Part shown: piece by piece, positions 59,668 to 64,000 of the stretch
Position numbering within the stretch: position 1 is the first letter of the stretch
Layout: the number at the start of each line of letters is the position of its first letter
DNA from: a virus
Virus record (IMG/VR): IMGVR_UViG_3300044988_000363
Strand: one strand, 5' to 3'
DNA length: 64,000 nt
Position numbers and translations under genes: made by a program
Notes under the pieces: generated by a model
Told to the model about the DNA's origin: nothing
Seen by the model: only the letters and a program-made list of their open reading frames with translations
Database searches by the model: none

Positions 59668-61338
59668 ATGCAATACAAAGCACCAGTAGAATCGACAACA
59701 TTTCTTCTTCGTGACGTTCTGAAGTTTGATAATGAATTAACAGAACCTATTCTAGAAGAAATTGCAAAGTTATGTGAAGAAACAATTGCTCCCACTAATC
59801 AAATAGGAGATATTGAAGGCTGTAAGTATGTCAAAGAAGAAAGTAAAGTTAAAACTCCAGCAGCGTTCAAAGAAGCGTATAAAGCGTTTGCCGAAGGAGG
59901 CTGGGTGGGTCTTTCGGTTCCTGAACGCTATGGTGGTCAGGGCTTACCGTTTACACTTGCGGTTGCTGCAAACGAATTTGTATCCTCATCTAACATGGCT
60001 TGGTCTCTTTATCCTGGCATTTCTCGTGGAGCGATCCAGGCACTCTTAGTTTCTGCATCAGACGCACAGAAAGAAACATTCATTCCTTGGCTAGTTCGTG
60101 GCGAATGGACAGGAACAATGTGTCTTACTGAACCACATTGCGGAACTGATCTTGGTTTGCTCAAGACTAAAGCAGTAGATAAACAGAACGGATCATATGA
60201 GATTACTGGCCAGAAGATTTTTATTTCTGGCGGCGAACATGATCTGACAGATAACATTTTACATCTTGTTCTTGCAAGAGTTGAAGGCGATCCAGAAGGC
60301 GTCAAAGGTATTAGTTTGTTTGCTGTGCCAAAAGTTTTGCCTGATTTCTCACGCAACAAAGTTTTTGCTGGTGCTATTGAAGAAAAGATGGGCATTCATG
60401 GTTCACCAACTTGCGTTATGAACTTTGATGGTGCTACTGGATTTTTAATTGGTGAACGTTGCCGTGGTTTACAGGGCATGTTTATTATGATGAATGAACT
60501 TAGATTAGGATGTGCCATTCATGGATTATCTCAGTCGGAACTCGCATTTCAAAATGCATTACAATACGCCAAAGACAGAATCCAAAGCAAATCGCTTGTC
60601 AATGTTAGCGGTCCTAGTGTCTCTATTCTTGCACATCCTGATATTAGGCGTATGCTTATGGATGTTAAGTGTATTAACGAAGCTGCCCGTCTATTAATTC
60701 TAGAAGCAGCCACATTGGTTGATAAGGGCGGTGAAAAAGCAGAAGATCTTCTTGGTCTTATGACTCCTGTTCTCAAAGGTGTTATTACAGATTATGGCGT
60801 TGAGAACGCTATCAAGATGCAGCAAGTATGGGGCGGTCATGGTTATGTCCGTGACAATGGCATGGAACAAATTGTCCGTGATGCTCGTATTGCTATGATA
60901 TATGAAGGCGCTAATGGTATTCAGGCGCTTGATTTAGTAGCAAGAAAACTTCCTAAAAATATGGGTCGTGCTGTTATGCGTTTCTTCAAAGATACTGAAA
61001 CATTCCTAACAAGTTCTTATGAACACGATATCAACCATATCGTTCAGCCAATGACACAAGCCGTAAGCGAACTAAAGCAAGCAACTGAATGGTTAGCAGC
61101 AAATGGTATGAAGAATCCTAATGATGTTGGTGCAGCAAGTTATCCATATATGAAAATGTTTGGATTGGTTTTGTTAGGATTGGCGCATATTCGTATTTGT
61201 TTGGCAACCGACGACAAAGCAAGACATACTACCGCAACTTATTTTATGGAGAATGTCTTGCCAGAAGCCAGTTTCTTACTGAAAAAGATTCGTCAAGGAT
61301 CACAAACAATGATGGCACTAACTCCAGACGAGTTCTGA
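59668..61338 (+). CDS. Acyl-CoA dehydrogenase
   Basis: GTMCLTEPHCGTDL, GQKIFISGG, EEKMGIHGSPTC, GGHGY and IYEGANGIQALDL motifs. Confidence 0.95.
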   Translation: MQYKAPVESTTFLLRDVLKFDNELTEPILEEIAKLCEETIAPTNQIGDIEGCKYVKEESKVKTPAAFKEAYKAFAEGGWVGLSVPERYGGQGLPFTLAVAANEFVSSSNMAWSLYPGISRGAIQALLVSASDAQKETFIPWLVRGEWTGTMCLTEPHCGTDLGLLKTKAVDKQNGSYEITGQKIFISGGEHDLTDNILHLVLARVEGDPEGVKGISLFAVPKVLPDFSRNKVFAGAIEEKMGIHGSPTCVMNFDGATGFLIGERCRGLQGMFIMMNELRLGCAIHGLSQSELAFQNALQYAKDRIQSKSLVNVSGPSVSILAHPDIRRMLMDVKCINEAARLLILEAATLVDKGGEKAEDLLGLMTPVLKGVITDYGVENAIKMQQVWGGHGYVRDNGMEQIVRDARIAMIYEGANGIQALDLVARKLPKNMGRAVMRFFKDTETFLTSSYEHDINHIVQPMTQAVSELKQATEWLAANGMKNPNDVGAASYPYMKMFGLVLLGLAHIRICLATDDKARHTTATYFMENVLPEASFLLKKIRQGSQTMMALTPDEF

Positions 61339-61988
61339 TGTTGTTTGGAGTTTAGATGTTGATTCCAGTTGTGTTGTCCTTTTATATCACGATTACAGCA
61401 TGAGCAATGAAACACAGGAGCAGTTTGGAAATACTTCTTTCGTCTTTCCGACTGCTCTTGTCTCTTTTTAGGGTCAGACCATGTTTCTTTATGCTTCTTT
61501 GATAATGCTTCTCTTTTGGCAGTATTGGACCAAACCTTTGAACTTATCTTTGATCTTTCTTCCAAGTATTCAGGAGAGTTTCTAATGGCCACCATGTTAT
61601 CACGAAACTCTGGATCATCCCATTGTCTTTTTAGATTATCTGACCTTAGTTTTCTTATCTCAGGAGCGTTATTGATTTCTAACATTCTGGCATAGTATTC
61701 GGGATCAGACCATCTTTCGTTATTCAACTTGGTGGCAAAGTCAGAGATTTCTTGTTGGGACATTTTGAGTTTTTGAGATATTCTCAAACAAGCGTATGTG
61801 TCGTTCTGGGAAAAATGAATATCGTAATGTTCCTGTATAGAAACACACTGGAGATTATCTATATGATTATTGGAATGATTACCGTCGATGTGATGGATTT
61901 CATACGATCTTCCTTGTTCGTCTTTAGGAATAGGACCGTTGAAATGTTCCCAGATTTTGCGGTAGTTGGTTGTAGTATAAATATCCAT
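61293..61988 (-). CDS. HNH homing endonuclease with helical repeats and a C-terminal Zn finger, inverted relative to neighbours
   Basis: YEIHHIDGNHSNNHIDNLQCVSIQEHYDIH; WxDPE repeats; CSCC...HLNSKQH. Confidence 0.88.
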   Translation of the reverse strand: MDIYTTTNYRKIWEHFNGPIPKDEQGRSYEIHHIDGNHSNNHIDNLQCVSIQEHYDIHFSQNDTYACLRISQKLKMSQQEISDFATKLNNERWSDPEYYARMLEINNAPEIRKLRSDNLKRQWDDPEFRDNMVAIRNSPEYLEERSKISSKVWSNTAKREALSKKHKETWSDPKKRQEQSERRKKYFQTAPVFHCSCCNRDIKGQHNWNQHLNSKQHQNSSGVSAIIVCDP

Positions 61989-62054
61989 GCTGGACCTCCG
62001 ATCAGGTTTAGAGTAGGTGAGGATTCCCGTCCTGCGACCTACACTTCTATTTAG
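61976..62054 (-). promoter_or_regulatory. Conserved structured leader, copy 3 (covarying)
   Basis: CTAAATA...GTAGGT-CGC-AGGA-loop-TCCT-C-ACCTAC-TCTA-AACCT..AGGT-CCAGC-ATGGATATTTAT. Confidence 0.8.
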
Positions 62055-62222
62055 TATTCCGAGGTTTTGATGAAATCGTGGAAAGAACTTGACTTCCGAG
62101 AGCAAATAGAGTATATTAGACAGGCTGAGTATCTCCAAGAAAAAGGATACTTTCCTGGAATAGATCCTTTTGTAGTTGCGGAAATGTTGTATCGGAAAAG
62201 GAAGTCAAGAAAGGATTGAAAC

Positions 62223-62645
62223 ATGGGTCTTGATATGTATCTCTACGGTAATAAGTGTTCTTTTTCCAAAGAACAAAAGGTCGATGGATTTCCTGTTTCG
62301 TCTGTGTTACTTGAAATGGGTTATTGGAATAAACGTGTCAACCTTCATGGATTTATCGTTGAAGCCTTTGCTGCCGGATTTGATGATGGCCAGAAGATCG
62401 ATCTAGATAAAGATGACCTTGATTATATTATTAATGTATGGGAGAATGATAGCCATTATGATGAACTTGTAACAGGTTTTTTCTTTGGTAAGGCTTATTT
62501 CACAGAGGAAAAAGACGAATACGATCCTCATGAGGAACAGAAGGCTCGTGATATAGAACTATTCACGAAGGCTAAAAACTGGCTAACTGAAGAACATTCT
62601 AAGGATGAATATCGTTCTATCTATTACGAAGCATCGTGGTTATGA
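62223..62645 (+). CDS. Conserved phage hypothetical protein
   Basis: MGLDMYL...YW.K...HG...GFFFG...YEASW. Confidence 0.7.
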   Translation: MGLDMYLYGNKCSFSKEQKVDGFPVSSVLLEMGYWNKRVNLHGFIVEAFAAGFDDGQKIDLDKDDLDYIINVWENDSHYDELVTGFFFGKAYFTEEKDEYDPHEEQKARDIELFTKAKNWLTEEHSKDEYRSIYYEASWL

Positions 62646-63163
62646 GGAGATTGTAGAATGACAGCGTTTGAAGCAATATTATGGTTAGAATCAACGTCAC
62701 AGTATTTCAGCAAACGACCAACAAACGGTGAAGATCAAGCATATTGGTCTAATGTGTATAACTCTGAAAACTGTTTGAAGATTGCCGAACTAATAAGAGA
62801 ATTATGTAAAGATGACTGACGATAAGGACAGACACAATACCGCAGAATATTTTATGAACCGTATTCTACCAGAAACATATATGCTACTGAACCGCATCAA
62901 AGCTGGTAGCGATACAATGATGGTAGCAGAATTATGAGTAAAGAATTAATAGATCAACTTAACGGATTTGCTGATTGGTTAGAAAAGAACAATAATGTTC
63001 ATTGTTTCTCTGTTCCACGAAGAGCAGCAATTACAATTGAAAGATTAGAAGAAGAAAATCGTCAGATGCGTTTGCAACTTAATAAACGTGATTTGTATTT
63101 GTCAGACTACCTCAACAGAGCAATAGGATTTGTTTTGTTTACTATATACAAAATAAAGAAGAA

Positions 63164-63463
63164 ATGGAAAAAGTAATGTATGAGTATCAAGCAAAAATTC
63201 TAAGAGTTGTAGATGGTGATACAGTGGAAGCTGAAGTTGATTTGGGTTTTCACATTAAAATGAATATGACAATTAGATTAGCTGGTATAAATGCACCGGA
63301 AATGAAAACTGTTGAAGGCAAAAAGACAAAAGCTGAGTTGATAACTTTATTAGAAAATAAGACAGTAACCATTTTAACTCTCAAAGACAAACAAGAAAAG
63401 TATGGTAGATATTTGGGAATTATAATGAAGGGCAATCAAAATATCAACGAATGGTTGGTATAA
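63164..63463 (+). CDS. Thermonuclease (SNase-like)
   Basis: RVVDGDT...IRLAGINAPE...KYGRYLG. Confidence 0.88.
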   Translation: MEKVMYEYQAKILRVVDGDTVEAEVDLGFHIKMNMTIRLAGINAPEMKTVEGKKTKAELITLLENKTVTILTLKDKQEKYGRYLGIIMKGNQNINEWLV

Positions 63464-63773
63464 CAGAAAATGGCGGTAAGGTATTATGTATGATGAACTA
63501 TTTGATCTTGATCTTAATGGTGGCATTCCACACGGCGGCTAATGCAGCAGCTGTTAATGATGGACCATTGAACGTATATCATTCATTAAGCGATAATCCT
63601 ACTGGCGAAACTCCTACGTATAGTTGGCAAAGAACTCCAACTCCAATGGGTAATGCTGCTAGTAGAGGTTATGCACCAATTGGAGGAGCATCAACTATAG
63701 GCACAGTAGGTGCGGGTTCGACAAGAATAATAATTCTTGAACCTGATGTTCCTGTAGAATAAAGGAACAATAA

Positions 63774-64000
63774 ATGAATCTATTTCAAGAAGGAAACTTT
63801 ATATCCCATGCTGGACACGAGTTAAATTGGAAAATTGAGTGTGATGCATTAACTGAAGAAGACTGGGATTGTTTAGCAAGGATTATACATGAGCGTACTA
63901 GGTTTGGTAGTGTTTACGGTATTCCTCGTGGCGGCGTTAAACTGGCGTTAGCTTTAGAAAAGTATATTACTCCAGGACATCCATTGCGTTTGGTTGTTGA
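63774..64000 (+). CDS. Phosphoribosyltransferase-like protein, partial
   Basis: Manual translation MNLFQEGNFISHAG...WKIECDAL...VYGIPRGG...LRLVV; runs off the window. Confidence 0.7.
   Translation, partial: MNLFQEGNFISHAGHELNWKIECDALTEEDWDCLARIIHERTRFGSVYGIPRGGVKLALALEKYITPGHPLRLVV

Noticed and set aside
61325-62072. Possible target duplication GTT(C/T)TGATG flanking the HNH cassette
   Set aside because: Only 9 nt with a mismatch; not distinguishable from chance without relatives.
1-64000. Alternative genetic code or diversity-generating retroelement
   Set aside because: Core genes are intact in the standard code; no reverse transcriptase or TR/VR pair was seen.

Overview
A 64-kb segment of a large, AT-rich T4-like myophage. 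An alphaproteobacterial host is inferred from the two-piece tmRNA, the L,D-transpeptidase and the acyl-CoA dehydrogenase. Positions 1-32.8 kb form a late structural block: fibres, a VrlC-like protein, baseplate gp8/7/6/25/PAAR, a split gp5, gp27-, gp53- and gp48-like genes, then gp4, gp2, gp54/19-like, gp26, gp51 and a muralytic tail protein. Positions 32.8-36 kb carry gp32, gp59 and gp33. The rest is an accessory region of small genes with many sigma70-type early promoter cassettes, tRNA-Arg(UCU), 2OG-Fe(II) oxygenases, a PNK-type phosphatase, an AAA ATPase, spanins/holin, an acyl-CoA dehydrogenase, a thermonuclease and a PRTase. Main observations: (1) a circularly permuted two-piece tmRNA whose intervening segment carries a complete HNH endonuclease gene with its own late promoter and RBS hairpin; (2) a covarying ~66-nt structured leader between convergent late-promoter motifs, shared by three unrelated endonuclease-type genes that are all inverted relative to their neighbours; (3) non-coding arrays with exact 12-bp periodicity; (4) a candidate -1 frameshift fusing gp26 to gp51; (5) extreme N-x-S/T sequon density in fibre proteins; (6) an ACA/TGT-depleted zone around a hairpin. 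All calls are by eye, and no database searches were run.
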